Positions 1 to 10,073 are shown, counted from the stretch's first letter. The stretch is 32,000 nt of DNA from a bacterium (GCA_037444445.1 JBBIMK010000010.1:30001-62000); one strand, 5' to 3'. Numbers and translations: made by a program. The notes: generated by a model not told the origin, from the sequence alone.

Positions 1-1764
1 GACTTGAACACCGGAGATGTAATTTTGAATATTGACCTCCTGACCACCCCTGCACTGCGCCTGCTTGGGAAGAATCTCCGATGCACTGCCACTCCTGCTG
101 TAAAATCTACCGGAGCCATATTACCGAATATATTCTACACCTGTTTTGAAATAATACCCGGAGGAACCCTTCCAGACTTTAATGAATTTTTCACTATGCG
201 GGGTGCCCTGTTGCAAGTGGGGTTGAATTCACTCCAGCAGCCAGATGTTCTGGCAGAATTTGATACCGGCTATTTCCAGGTTCCCTTCATTCCTTCAATC
301 ACTCCGGATTCTGTGGTGACATCGCCCGCTATCCATGGCGGGAAAATTTATTTCGCAGGTCTGGATGGAGCCCTTTACGCTTTAGGCGTAGCCGCCAGTC
401 CTCCTCCTACTCCCCTTTCCTGGGGTATGAAGAGATATAACACTTTGAATCAGGGATGGACAGGTCCGGGTAGTGGCCCGGGTCGCGGCCTACTTTCTCT
501 CGTCTGGTCCTTTCCTATAGGTTCCCGGGTCACTGCTTCTCCCATCGTGGTTAATAACACCCTTTATATTGGCGCCTATGATGCCTCCCTTTACGCATTG
601 CGCGCCCATGATGGGAATTTCCTGTGGAAGTTCACCACCGCTGAAAAAATCCTGTCTACCCCGGTCTTCCTCGGGAGTACTCTCCTTTTCTCCTCTAAAG
701 ATGCGCAGATTTACGCACTAAATTTGGTGGACAATCGCGCAATGGGGAGCCCTGTTACCCTTTTTGATGGGTCTTTTACCGTCATCCTCCAACAGGTGGA
801 TGAGAACGGGATTCCCACAGGTCCACCCCTAACCGAGCAGAGAAGCTCTGCGTTTACACCCTCGGATGACACGAAAACTATTCTCCTTTCCAGTTCTGGT
901 TTTGTGGTAGGGAACCTTCTGTTTTACTTCCGCATGGTTGGCGATGTAACCGAGAGGATACTGGTTTTTCCAGACGGCACCAGAGATGAGAGTTTTGACT
1001 TTGCGGATGCCGGACCACAATTTAGCGTTTTTCCTATTCCATTCATTACTTACAATGAACCCTTTATTGACCTGGATTCCACCCTTCCTACTTCTTCCGT
1101 CGTGTACGACGCTGTGAATAGCCGTATTTATTTTGGTGGTCGCAGTAATTACAACCCTATTCAGGATAGCACCGAGCTCATACCTCAAATTTTCGCTTAT
1201 GAATCCACAACAACGGCCCCCACGCCCCCTGCGACGAAGCGAATCTGGGCGGCGCCGGTGTCCAACAGTGAGGGGTTCTTCCGTGGACCTCCCGCCTATT
1301 CCCCGCGGTACAATCTGGTTTTTGGAGCCACCGATGATGGCTACTTAGCGGTGGTGAACGCTACCACCGGTTCAATGCCTATCCCTCCACAGCAGATTTC
1401 CGGGGGTGTGCTGGGAGATGTGGCAGTGTATGAAAATCCGGATGGTAGCGGGGGGATCCTCTTCTTCGGTACCGAGAGCGGGGCATTACAGGCCTATAAT
1501 TTTAACTCCGATGGCTCTAATCTTACTCCGCGATGGAGCTTCCTGACGACGGATCCCATCTGGAGTTCACCAGCGGTGGACCCGGAGAATCTGGTCGTTT
1601 ACCTGGGAGGAAATGACAGCAATTTTTATGCTCTGGACCTCCTGACCGGGAATGAACTCTGGCGATTCCGGGGCACGGCTCGCTTTATTTCCTCCCCCAT
1701 TATCGCCGGAGGAAAAGTATTCATCGTGGATGAAGCGGGCACGGTTTACGCCTTTACCCGCTGA
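1..1764 (+). CDS. PQQ-like beta-propeller repeat protein; 5' end probably outside the window
   Basis: The ORF is open to the window edge (codon 1-3 is in frame, with no upstream stop). It carries repeated blade-like motifs: GGKIYFAGLDGALYAL, LYIGAYDASLYALRAHDGNFLWKF, NFYALDLLTGNELWRF and GGKVFIVDEAGTVYAF. These are typical of PQQ/BamB-type propellers. Confidence 0.8.
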   Translation, partial: DLNTGDVILNIDLLTTPALRLLGKNLRCTATPAVKSTGAILPNIFYTCFEIIPGGTLPDFNEFFTMRGALLQVGLNSLQQPDVLAEFDTGYFQVPFIPSITPDSVVTSPAIHGGKIYFAGLDGALYALGVAASPPPTPLSWGMKRYNTLNQGWTGPGSGPGRGLLSLVWSFPIGSRVTASPIVVNNTLYIGAYDASLYALRAHDGNFLWKFTTAEKILSTPVFLGSTLLFSSKDAQIYALNLVDNRAMGSPVTLFDGSFTVILQQVDENGIPTGPPLTEQRSSAFTPSDDTKTILLSSSGFVVGNLLFYFRMVGDVTERILVFPDGTRDESFDFADAGPQFSVFPIPFITYNEPFIDLDSTLPTSSVVYDAVNSRIYFGGRSNYNPIQDSTELIPQIFAYESTTTAPTPPATKRIWAAPVSNSEGFFRGPPAYSPRYNLVFGATDDGYLAVVNATTGSMPIPPQQISGGVLGDVAVYENPDGSGGILFFGTESGALQAYNFNSDGSNLTPRWSFLTTDPIWSSPAVDPENLVVYLGGNDSNFYALDLLTGNELWRFRGTARFISSPIIAGGKVFIVDEAGTVYAFTR

Positions 1765-1781
1765 AGATTATTCAAGCGTGC

Positions 1782-3080
1782 ATGAATTCTCCTACTTTCG
1801 GGTGTAGAAGAGCGATTTCTTTTTGGGTTGTCCTGGGTTTGACGGTCGTGAGCGTGGGTGCGGCGGCTCCTCGCACCCGCACACTGGAAGTAGGTGCCCC
1901 TTTTCCGCCTTTTAATGCGGTGGATTACACCTGGCAATACTACTCCCTGAAAAATGATTTCCTGGGTTCTCCTTTCTTGATTTATGTGTTTGACCCCTTA
2001 TCTTCCCAGCGTATCTCGCTGATAGAACGGCAGGTTCGGTACCTGAATCAGGTCGCACAAGAGAACACAAAAATACTGGGGGTAGCCTGGGGAACCACCT
2101 GGGGGGCTGTGCGGGATTTTGCCCGGCGAAATCAACTGGCATTCCCGGTTGTTTTCGGTGAAACCGATATCTCTTTGAAAAATGTCATAGCGGATGTATC
2201 CCATTCCCTGCCCGTTCTCCTCGTCCTGGACTCCTCCGCCACTTTTCTCATTTCTACCTCGGATGTCTATCTATCTGTTCAGCTTCTCCGGGAAATCCGG
2301 GAGAATCAATGGGAAGCGTCCGCTCTATCCCGGCTTTATGATGCCCATCAGGCCCTTTTCATAGATTCTCAATTCCAGAAGGCTTTAGAACTTGTTCGGG
2401 TGCTCAGGAAGACCCGGCCTCGTTCTACAACGGTGCAATATCTTTATGCTGTGGCCCTCCAGCGCACGGGAAACACGCTGGAGGCCCTCAGAAATATCCT
2501 TTCCATCTATGACCCTGAGAATGAACTTCTTCAGGACTACATCTCCAGTAAACTTCTCTTCACTTTTGATTCAGAAAATCTACCCGAAATAGACAAACTC
2601 AAAAATCACTTGCTCATCCTGAAGGAACGGCCGCCCTCCTTCCAGGATGACCCCTGGCTCCTGGAGCAGATGGCCATGCTGGCCCTTTATTCTTTACAGT
2701 TAGCCGACGCCAAGCAGTGGATTGAGCAGGCTTACCGTCAGAAGGTTTCCACTCCTGGTGTTCGTGCTCGTCGGGCTATCATTTACCTCGTCAGCGGTGA
2801 TGAGAAAACGGGTATTCAGGAAATAGAGGCTATTGAATCTAAATACCCGGATGACCCTCGTTCTGTTCGCGCCCTCGTAGCACGCACATTCCGGGACCTC
2901 TATCTGGTTTATCGTATAATGGAGCGAGAGAAGAGAAGTTCCCCTTCCGGTTTTCTGTATGAAGTGGTCAGATACGGTTTCATAACCCGTAACCGCCGCT
3001 TAATCAATCCAGTCATTGAAGAACTGATGAGCCGTAAAGATGAATATGCCCAGCGGCTCAAAAAAGAATTGAAGAGATAA
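1782..3080 (+). CDS. Secreted protein with an N-terminal TlpA/redoxin-like thioredoxin fold lacking CXXC and a C-terminal helical (TPR-like) region
   Basis: ATG lies 17 nt after the upstream stop. The N-terminus has an RR-containing hydrophobic segment (CRRAISFWVVLGLTVVSVGAAA). Residues ~35-165 follow the redoxin pattern (GAPFPPF, FLIYVFDP, ILGVAWG, AFPVVFGE, PVLLVLD), but the CXXC position reads PLSS. The C-terminal half is helical-repeat-like. Confidence 0.6.
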   Translation: MNSPTFGCRRAISFWVVLGLTVVSVGAAAPRTRTLEVGAPFPPFNAVDYTWQYYSLKNDFLGSPFLIYVFDPLSSQRISLIERQVRYLNQVAQENTKILGVAWGTTWGAVRDFARRNQLAFPVVFGETDISLKNVIADVSHSLPVLLVLDSSATFLISTSDVYLSVQLLREIRENQWEASALSRLYDAHQALFIDSQFQKALELVRVLRKTRPRSTTVQYLYAVALQRTGNTLEALRNILSIYDPENELLQDYISSKLLFTFDSENLPEIDKLKNHLLILKERPPSFQDDPWLLEQMAMLALYSLQLADAKQWIEQAYRQKVSTPGVRARRAIIYLVSGDEKTGIQEIEAIESKYPDDPRSVRALVARTFRDLYLVYRIMEREKRSSPSGFLYEVVRYGFITRNRRLINPVIEELMSRKDEYAQRLKKELKR

Positions 3081-3138
3081 AAATTTTTCACTGCGGTCAG
3101 CAAAGCATTCTTTTTCTGAGCCAAAAAAATTTTAGAAG

Positions 3139-6100
3139 TTAGACGGAATTTTCTCCGGGTTCCTCTATTGAAGAAAGAATCTTCTCATGCAGTGTTTTTA
3201 GGCGTTGGAGAAGTTCCGCAACAAGAGAATGCGGATGAGCCCGGTTCTTCAAGAGAGTTCGGAGTTCAAAAGATTCTCCCTCTGGTTTCACTTTCCATCT
3301 TTCCTCAATAGCCCGGGGGAGCCAATCTTTCCGGGAGGTAATGAAGACCACTTCACCAGTGGAAGGGTTCACTCGTATCATCTGAATGTCCAGGGCCTCT
3401 GCCAGGACCTTGATTAGCGCCACATCCAGAAGGGCTCTTACCGGCAGAGGGATTTCTCCCCGGGTGGCTAAAAGCTGGAGTTCCAATCGTTTTAACTCTT
3501 CTGGATTTTCCGCCTGCATCATCCACTCATAGTAATGGAGGCGTTCCCGGACATCGGGGATGAAATCTTCTGGAATATAGGATGCCACGGGAATAGAGAG
3601 GAGAGGCGGGGATTTTTCCTTGACGGGTTTTTTCATCAGACAGGAGAGAGAGCCAGCCAGGATTCGTGTGTAGAGGAAGAAACCCACCTGAGCGGCATAA
3701 CCATGCTGGCGTTTCCCCAGGAGGGTTCCTGCACCTCGCACTTCCAGGTCACGGAGAGCCACTTTCAGCCCACTTCCGAGGTCGGTCCAGGTTCCGACAG
3801 TGGTGAGCCGTTCCCGGGCTTTAATTCCCGGAGGGCGGGTGGGGGAATAGAAGAAAAGGGCGTAGGCTTGCTTATCGCCTCTGCCTACTCTGCCCCGGAG
3901 TTGATGTAAATCAGCCAGCCCGAACCGTTCCGATTCTTCCACAATCAAAGTATCTGCACCCGGCATATCAATACCATTTTCAATGATAGTGGTGCACACG
4001 AGGATCTGGGTATTTTTTCGGAGGAAATCCAGGAGAACTTTTTCCAGGCGTTTGGCGGGCATCTTTCCGTGCCCCATTCCCACCCGAGCGTCGGGGAACA
4101 TTTCCTGAATTTCAGCGGTGCGGTGCTGGATTTTCTCCACCCGGTTATACAGGTAAAACACCTGCCCTCCTCGGTCCAGTTCCCGATGCACAGCCTTCTT
4201 CACTCTCTCTTCCGAGTAAGGGCTTACTGTGGTGATGACAGGCATCCGCCCCAGCGGTGGCGTTCGCAAATAACTGATGCCTTTCATCTGAATTAAAGAA
4301 AGGTAAAGAGTGCGGGGGATGGGGGTAGCCGTTAAACTCAGGATGTCTACCTTTTGATGCAGAAATTTGTAGCGTTCTTTTTGCTCTACCCCGAACCTCT
4401 GTTCCTCATCAATAATCAGCAGGCCCAGATTTTTAAATCGCACATCTGGCTGAAGTAATCGGTGGGTGCCAATCACGATGTCTGTTTTTCCTTCCTGTAC
4501 CCGGTGCAAGATATGACGAATTTCCTCAGGAGTCTTAAACCGACTCAGGAGGGCAATCTCCAGGGGAAAATCCTTTAATCGGCGTTCAAAAGTGAGAAAA
4601 TGTTGATACGCCAGGATGGTGGTGGGAGCCAGCACGGCAACCTGCTTACCATTGAGCACAGCATGAAAGGCGGCTCGGATGGCGACCTCCGTCTTGCCGA
4701 ATCCTACATCCCCGCACAGGAGGCGGTCCATCACTCGCACCCCTTCCAAATCCCTGCGGATTTCCAGCAGTGCGGCAATCTGGTCTGGAGTCTCTGGATA
4801 TTCAAAACTCTGTTCCAACTGCTCCTCCCACTCCGGGACGGGGTGATAAGGGAGACGTTCCACCGTCATCCTGTGTAAATACAGGTCATACAATTCCCGG
4901 GCATAGCGGGCCGTGGCGCGCTTTACCGTGGCTTTTTGCTGTGCCCATCGGCGGCTTCCCAGACGAGCCAGGATGGGTTCCTCGCCACTGACCCCGATAT
5001 ATGGATGCACCTGCCCAATCTGCTCCACTGGAACGAACAATTTGTCTCCGTCCTGATACTCCAGGCAGAGATAATCCTTCTCTTCGGCTCCCATTTTTTT
5101 TCGCACCAGGCCCCGGTAAAGGCCGATGCCATGAGATTCGTGAACCACAGGACTTCCTTCCTTCAATTGCGTAAGAAGTGTCAAACCTTCCAGGGCTGGG
5201 AGGGAATATCCCCTGTGCTTTTGTATTTCCCTGCCAGAGAGGACAAGAAGAGAGGAGAGGGAGCAATAAAATCCGGAAGAGATTTCCCCGGGGTAATGCT
5301 GAATCCCTGCTTCCATCCATTCTTTTGGGGGTGAGAGTGGAGAGGAGGTGTAGACGATACACTGGATGGATTTCTGAGTGAGTTTACGGGTGAACTCGTG
5401 AAAAATGCCTTCTTGCGATAGAGAGAGGGTTATTTCCCGGACCCCCAGAGCCAGGTCGGAATCTTCCTCCAGGAATGTGGAGAAGGAAAGGCTTCCACGG
5501 TTAGTAAAGAAAACCCGGAGGTGCTCAGGGTTCATCCAGGTTTTTCCCTGTCCCATCTCCTCGCGAATTCGTTGATATTGTTGAAGGGTCCACTCTTCTT
5601 CAAAAATTCCCACCCGGATAGAGGGATTCAGCCAGTCTGGGATCCAGCATGGGGCTTCCACGCTTCCCTGTCGTAAATCAGGCAAGAAAATCTCTTTCAG
5701 TCGCCTTTTGCCCCTTGTCTCCTCCAGAATTTCTTCCACCTCATTTCCGATGAAGGAGAGGCGATAGCGCTCTCCAGTGAGTAAGTGAAGGAGCAGGGTG
5801 TCGCCCATCACTTTGAATTCGCCTCTGTCTAAAGGCTCTTCGCCCGGGCCATATTGCATCTGCTGGAGAGAAAGCAAGAAATCTTCCCAGGATGGGATGG
5901 AATCCCCCACATGGATGTCAGTGCCATAAAGAGGGGGCTGTGGGATTCCAAGCCCGGTTCCAGTAGCCACCACGATCCCGGGCGAGGCTTTCTTTAGAGC
6001 CACCAGCGCCCGCATCCTGCCCTCCACCATCCGCAGGTGCCCCCGACGCTCCAGAAGCATCCCCCGGGCTACACCCGGGTGCATCGTCTCCAAATCTGCA

Positions 6101-6375
6101 TAAAAGATTTGTGCTTCCAGGCTTCCCGGGAGTATGAAAAGAAGACTAACATTCTGTTCTTTCACCCATTGACCGAGAGATAGGGCGAGGAAAGGAAGGG
6201 TCACCTGCCCTGCGCGAATCCTCTTTTTTTGCCCGAGCAACTCCCTGAGCCTCTGTAACTCCACCAGTTCCGCAGTCTTTACCGTCGGTAAAGAATTCTG
6301 ATTGGCCATTTCCATTCTTAATTTTATCGCTACGTTTTTCTTTTCCGCGAGAATGAAGCCATTGGCAAGTAGCAT
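3139..6375 (-). CDS. mfd: Transcription-repair coupling factor Mfd
   Basis: Superfamily-2 helicase motifs are present: GDVGFGKTEVAIRAAF, LLIIDEEQRFGV, TATPIPRTL and QLRGRVGRG. A CarD/TRCF-like segment (VHESHGIGLYRGL) and a TRCF C-terminal domain are also present. The exact start is uncertain (alternative Met at 6315), and no clear SD precedes either candidate. Confidence 0.93.
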   Translation of the reverse strand: MLLANGFILAEKKNVAIKLRMEMANQNSLPTVKTAELVELQRLRELLGQKKRIRAGQVTLPFLALSLGQWVKEQNVSLLFILPGSLEAQIFYADLETMHPGVARGMLLERRGHLRMVEGRMRALVALKKASPGIVVATGTGLGIPQPPLYGTDIHVGDSIPSWEDFLLSLQQMQYGPGEEPLDRGEFKVMGDTLLLHLLTGERYRLSFIGNEVEEILEETRGKRRLKEIFLPDLRQGSVEAPCWIPDWLNPSIRVGIFEEEWTLQQYQRIREEMGQGKTWMNPEHLRVFFTNRGSLSFSTFLEEDSDLALGVREITLSLSQEGIFHEFTRKLTQKSIQCIVYTSSPLSPPKEWMEAGIQHYPGEISSGFYCSLSSLLVLSGREIQKHRGYSLPALEGLTLLTQLKEGSPVVHESHGIGLYRGLVRKKMGAEEKDYLCLEYQDGDKLFVPVEQIGQVHPYIGVSGEEPILARLGSRRWAQQKATVKRATARYARELYDLYLHRMTVERLPYHPVPEWEEQLEQSFEYPETPDQIAALLEIRRDLEGVRVMDRLLCGDVGFGKTEVAIRAAFHAVLNGKQVAVLAPTTILAYQHFLTFERRLKDFPLEIALLSRFKTPEEIRHILHRVQEGKTDIVIGTHRLLQPDVRFKNLGLLIIDEEQRFGVEQKERYKFLHQKVDILSLTATPIPRTLYLSLIQMKGISYLRTPPLGRMPVITTVSPYSEERVKKAVHRELDRGGQVFYLYNRVEKIQHRTAEIQEMFPDARVGMGHGKMPAKRLEKVLLDFLRKNTQILVCTTIIENGIDMPGADTLIVEESERFGLADLHQLRGRVGRGDKQAYALFFYSPTRPPGIKARERLTTVGTWTDLGSGLKVALRDLEVRGAGTLLGKRQHGYAAQVGFFLYTRILAGSLSCLMKKPVKEKSPPLLSIPVASYIPEDFIPDVRERLHYYEWMMQAENPEELKRLELQLLATRGEIPLPVRALLDVALIKVLAEALDIQMIRVNPSTGEVVFITSRKDWLPRAIEERWKVKPEGESFELRTLLKNRAHPHSLVAELLQRLKTLHEKILSSIEEPGENSV

Positions 6376-6572
6376 CCAACCGGAAGGGAGGCAGAAATGA
6401 CTTCTGCACTGTTCACAGATTTTCCACTCTTTTTCTATTCTTTTTCAACCCTCTATCATTTAGGCTTTCTGATAGAAACAGGCAGAAGATAGAAAAATGA
6501 AAGCATTTACCGCTTGCAGAGGGGAGTAAAAATGCAACCGAGGGGCGGCAATTCGCCGGATTTTCACCCGGG

Positions 6573-6601
6573 TTGACGAAGGAAAGAGGATATGGTAAAG
6601 T
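6573..6601 (+). promoter_or_regulatory. Putative sigma70-type promoter of the PKD-repeat gene
   Basis: TTGACG (6573-6578), 17-nt spacer ending in TGg, then TAAAGT (6596-6601). It lies ~25 nt upstream of the GGAGG/GTG start region. Confidence 0.45.
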
Positions 6602-6626
6602 ATAGTTGGATAGGGAGGTGCAAGAA

Positions 6627-9602
6627 GTGAAAAAAATACCATTTTGGGCAATGGGGGTATGCTGGCTCCTGTGGCAATCTTGCAGTGGAGGAGTGGCCCC
6701 CGGGCGGGTTGGTGGAGAGACGGGGAATCTAACGCCGGCGGCTGCCATCAACGCCACGCCGATAAAGGGTCCTGCCCCTTTGCAGGTGACCTTCTTCAGT
6801 GATGGCTCCGCCGACCCGGATGGCTCCATCGTCCTGTATGAATGGGACTTCAACTACACCGGTTTCCCGTCGCAATTTCATACGATGAAAACAGGTCCCA
6901 TCACCTCTTACACCTACACGGTGCCGGGAAACTACAATGCGGCTCTCCGGGTCACGGATAACCAGGGGGGCACCGGAATAGATTGGCTGACCATCACTGT
7001 CAGCGCCAGCACCAATGTGCTTCCATCGGCAGATGCGAAGGCTGGGACGGTTTCCCCACTCGGTCCTTTCTCAGATGGACCCCTTGGTGCCACGCTTAAT
7101 CAGGCGGTGTATTTTCGTGGAGAGGGGATTGACCCGGATGGGGGAACAGTTACCTTCTTCTGGAGATTTGATGACCCAGCCCAGTCGCCCAACGATTTTT
7201 CCAATTTCCAGAACCCTATCTATGCCTATCAATCCACGGGGACGCATAAAGTGGTTCTCAGGGTAACGGATGATGAAGGGACTACGGCGACGGATGAAAT
7301 TTTTATCACCGTCACTCCCCCGGGTGCGAACCAACCGCCTCAAGTGGAGGCTCAGGTTTCTTTAGATGGTTCCGTCTGGACTGATGAGGCGGTCACAGCG
7401 CCGGTGGGCTCTCTGATTTTCTTTCAGGCATTGCCTGTGTTACCCGGGGGAGTTTTTGACCCGGAGGACGGAAACAATGTCCGCTTTCGGTGGGTTTTTG
7501 GAGATGGGGATGAATCCTCTGCCCAGAATCCCATGCATTCTTACACCACCGCAGGAGCCTACACCGTAACCCTTGCCGTGACAGATACCTCCAATAGTGC
7601 AGGATACGATACTCTCAGTGTAAACATCTATGACATTTCAACGCCAATAGCGGATGCAAAAGGCTCTACCGATGGCATTCGTTATGAGGATGGTAGCATA
7701 TCCGCACCCATCTTTGGTCCGGCTCCTCTCACCGTGTTTTTCCGGGGAATCGGAACAGACCCCAGAGGGCTTCCTTTAACCTACACCTGGTCCTTCGGAG
7801 ATGGAAGCACATCTACCCTTCAGAATCCTACTCACACTTACCCATTAGCCGGGGCGTATAATGCCACCCTGATTGTGACGAATACGGACGGACGCAGTAG
7901 TGCACCGGATCGGGTGCGGATTCTGGCTGACAGCCCGCCCATAGCCATCATCCGCGTAGACAAGGCTTCCGGCGATGAACCCCTGACCGTTAACTTTGAT
8001 GGGACTGGAAGTTATGACCCCGATGGGTCTATCGCCCTTTATGAGTGGGATTTTGACTTACAGGGTGGACAATTTACGGTGGATGCCACTGGGCCCCGGG
8101 TATCTAATACTTATAGCATCACCACGGGTGGGAAAAGCACCTTTATCGCGGCTCTCCGGGTGACGGAAACTACTCCTCCCGGTGCTGTCCAGGGTCTGGT
8201 ATCTGACATCGCCACGATTATCATCAGTGTCATGGGCAATCAGCCTCCGACCGCCGTGATCAATATGACCACCACTACGCCAGGTGCGTATGTAACCACA
8301 GAGCCGGATACTGGCCTTCTGATGGTCGTGTGCCCCAGAGGGGTTACGAACTGCACAGTGAGATTTGACGGGAGCAATAGTTCTGACCCGGAAGATGGCA
8401 GAAATCTGCAGTTTAACTGGGACTTTGATGATGGCACCCCCCCCAGCAACCAAAACATCACCACTCATATTTACCCCGGCACTCCACTCAGGCGTTACGA
8501 GGTGACTCTAACGGTCACCGATTTTGGAAGTCCACCAAAATCTGATACGGCTAACGCTGTGGTGAATGTGGGCAATATCACCCTGGTTCCTCCGGTCTTC
8601 ACCAGTGTAACTCCCGATGATGTATTCATCGACCTGAATGCGGGCAACACTGTCACCGTGGCTTTTGTAGCGGATGTTTCAGACCCGGATGGGGGTCCCA
8701 TTACTTCTCTCCAGTGGAACTTTGGAGATGGGCAATCCCAGACACAGGACACCAGTACTGCCTCGCCGCCCTACACTATTTCTCACGAGTATGATTACTC
8801 CCCCAATATGGACGAGAATAACCCGAACTACCTGGCTTCCAATTATACGGTAACGGTCACCGCCACTGATGATGATAGCCGGAATAACACTTCAACCTTT
8901 ACTTACAACCTGGTCATTTCTCCCATTGTGCCGATACTTACCTCTGCCCCTGTCAAAGCAGTCGTGAACGGCGCCTACGATTTCACCATTTTTGAAGAGA
9001 CGGGCTCCACCTGGCATCTCCTGGATTCCTCTCGCGATGGGAAGGTGATTGTTCTGGAATTCTGTCGCTTAACTCGGACCGGTGATATTGAGAACGAGTT
9101 CCCCCCTCAGGTCTGTCAAAATGATGATTCCATTATGACACGCATCTGGGACAATCGGGACGGCATTTATGGGTCCCTGGCTCAAGACCTCGCCATGGCT
9201 TATGTAGCGCTGGAGGTGGATTTAACCCCTGGACAGGTTCAAAACTGGCATCAGAACAACTCTCAATTTATCCACTACACCCTTTTGAAGGATAGAGACT
9301 TACAGCCGACTAATGATATTGCAGATGCCTGGGATACTTACACGGAGCCTCCTGTGGGTGGCAATCTGGATGGCTCTCCCGCCAAGAGCTATTCCGACTG
9401 TGATACTTCCAGTTTTTCCGCACCTCCGGATTACTGCCCTCTGAATGTGATTCTGGACCGCAACCACTATGTCCGGTGGTATTACAGGCAGTATGCCAGT
9501 ATTCAACCTCAGGGGCTCCTTCCAAGTTTTGATATTCCAGGCTTTGGCACTTTGACCTACGAGCAAGTCATTCTCCACTTCTTAAAGCGATATGTGCCGT
9601 AG
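6627..9602 (+). CDS. Large secreted/lipoprotein-like protein with seven PKD-like repeats and a C-terminal thioredoxin-like (TlpA-like, no CXXC) domain
   Basis: Seven W-x-F-(G/D/N)-D-G-type cores are present (YEWDFNYTG, FFWRFDDP, FRWVFGDGD, YTWSFGDGS, YEWDFDLQG, FNWDFDDGT, LQWNFGDGQ). Each is followed by Y.V.L.VTD-type strands. The preferred start is GTG 6627, 8 nt after GGAGG, giving MKKIPFWAMGVCWLLWQSCSGG (signal peptide with a possible lipobox Cys). The ORF track start, TTG 6606, is less likely. Confidence 0.85.
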   Translation: MKKIPFWAMGVCWLLWQSCSGGVAPGRVGGETGNLTPAAAINATPIKGPAPLQVTFFSDGSADPDGSIVLYEWDFNYTGFPSQFHTMKTGPITSYTYTVPGNYNAALRVTDNQGGTGIDWLTITVSASTNVLPSADAKAGTVSPLGPFSDGPLGATLNQAVYFRGEGIDPDGGTVTFFWRFDDPAQSPNDFSNFQNPIYAYQSTGTHKVVLRVTDDEGTTATDEIFITVTPPGANQPPQVEAQVSLDGSVWTDEAVTAPVGSLIFFQALPVLPGGVFDPEDGNNVRFRWVFGDGDESSAQNPMHSYTTAGAYTVTLAVTDTSNSAGYDTLSVNIYDISTPIADAKGSTDGIRYEDGSISAPIFGPAPLTVFFRGIGTDPRGLPLTYTWSFGDGSTSTLQNPTHTYPLAGAYNATLIVTNTDGRSSAPDRVRILADSPPIAIIRVDKASGDEPLTVNFDGTGSYDPDGSIALYEWDFDLQGGQFTVDATGPRVSNTYSITTGGKSTFIAALRVTETTPPGAVQGLVSDIATIIISVMGNQPPTAVINMTTTTPGAYVTTEPDTGLLMVVCPRGVTNCTVRFDGSNSSDPEDGRNLQFNWDFDDGTPPSNQNITTHIYPGTPLRRYEVTLTVTDFGSPPKSDTANAVVNVGNITLVPPVFTSVTPDDVFIDLNAGNTVTVAFVADVSDPDGGPITSLQWNFGDGQSQTQDTSTASPPYTISHEYDYSPNMDENNPNYLASNYTVTVTATDDDSRNNTSTFTYNLVISPIVPILTSAPVKAVVNGAYDFTIFEETGSTWHLLDSSRDGKVIVLEFCRLTRTGDIENEFPPQVCQNDDSIMTRIWDNRDGIYGSLAQDLAMAYVALEVDLTPGQVQNWHQNNSQFIHYTLLKDRDLQPTNDIADAWDTYTEPPVGGNLDGSPAKSYSDCDTSSFSAPPDYCPLNVILDRNHYVRWYYRQYASIQPQGLLPSFDIPGFGTLTYEQVILHFLKRYVP

Positions 9603-9656
9603 CCAGTGGAAAGGCTGTAAAAAAACCGGATTGGAGGAGGAAATTTTTCGTAGACG

Positions 9657-9902
9657 ATGTCGGTGCGGGGTGCGCTTCAAGAAGTTCAAATCGTGAAGTT
9701 GTATGAAACCGTGGAGGAAGAAGAAGCCCGGCAGGTAGAGGAATATCTTTTTCTCCATCGCCTCCACCCCATTCTCCAATACAGCCACGAGGCTTTGTTT
9801 CAGGTGTCTCCCCGTGTTATCCTGTATATTCCGGCAGATGAACTGGATAAAGCGGAGTTCTTCCTGCATCGTTTCTTGACCCGTAAACATTTCACCACCT
9901 GA
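9657..9902 (+). CDS. Small hypothetical protein (81 aa), possibly a DUF2007-like beta-alpha-beta fold
   Basis: An isolated ORF with GGAGGAGG ~15 nt upstream. The pattern VKLYETVEEEEARQVEEYL...RVILYIPADELDKAEFFLHRFL loosely resembles DUF2007-type small proteins. No stronger evidence. Confidence 0.35.
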   Translation: MSVRGALQEVQIVKLYETVEEEEARQVEEYLFLHRLHPILQYSHEALFQVSPRVILYIPADELDKAEFFLHRFLTRKHFTT

Positions 9903-9939
9903 ATCCCGATTTTTCGTGGCGTACTTTCGCTGTTCTACT

Positions 9940-10002
9940 AAACAAAGAAAATAAACTGGACCCCATTAGCGATACTGTGAAACGGATTTCACATCCAGTT
10001 TA
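9940..10002 (-). terminator. Putative intrinsic terminator of the thiC-pncA-thi4 operon
   Basis: On the minus strand, AUAAACUGGA ... UCCAGUUUAU forms a 10-bp stem. It encloses an inner 7-bp hairpin, UGUGAAA-UCCG-UUUCACA, and is followed directly by UUUCUUUGUUU. The element sits ~70 nt downstream of the thi4 stop. Confidence 0.35.
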
Positions 10003-10073
10003 TCCCCATTTATCGTCAAACCTATCGTTTTCATTTCAGGACCGTTTCGGAATAGAAGCGAGGGGTGCTGATT

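Noticed and set aside
3055-3122. Imperfect inverted repeat GGCTCAAAAAAGAAT / ATTCTTTTTCTGAGCC between the convergent TPR-like gene and mfd, considered as a bidirectional terminator.
   Set aside because: The arms are AT-rich with a bulge and are separated by ~37 nt. One arm is inside coding sequence, and neither orientation is followed by a U-tract.
6606-6626. TTG 6606 as the start of the PKD protein.
   Set aside because: It would place the GGAGG (6614-6618) inside the coding region. GTG 6627 has correct SD spacing and yields a normal signal peptide.
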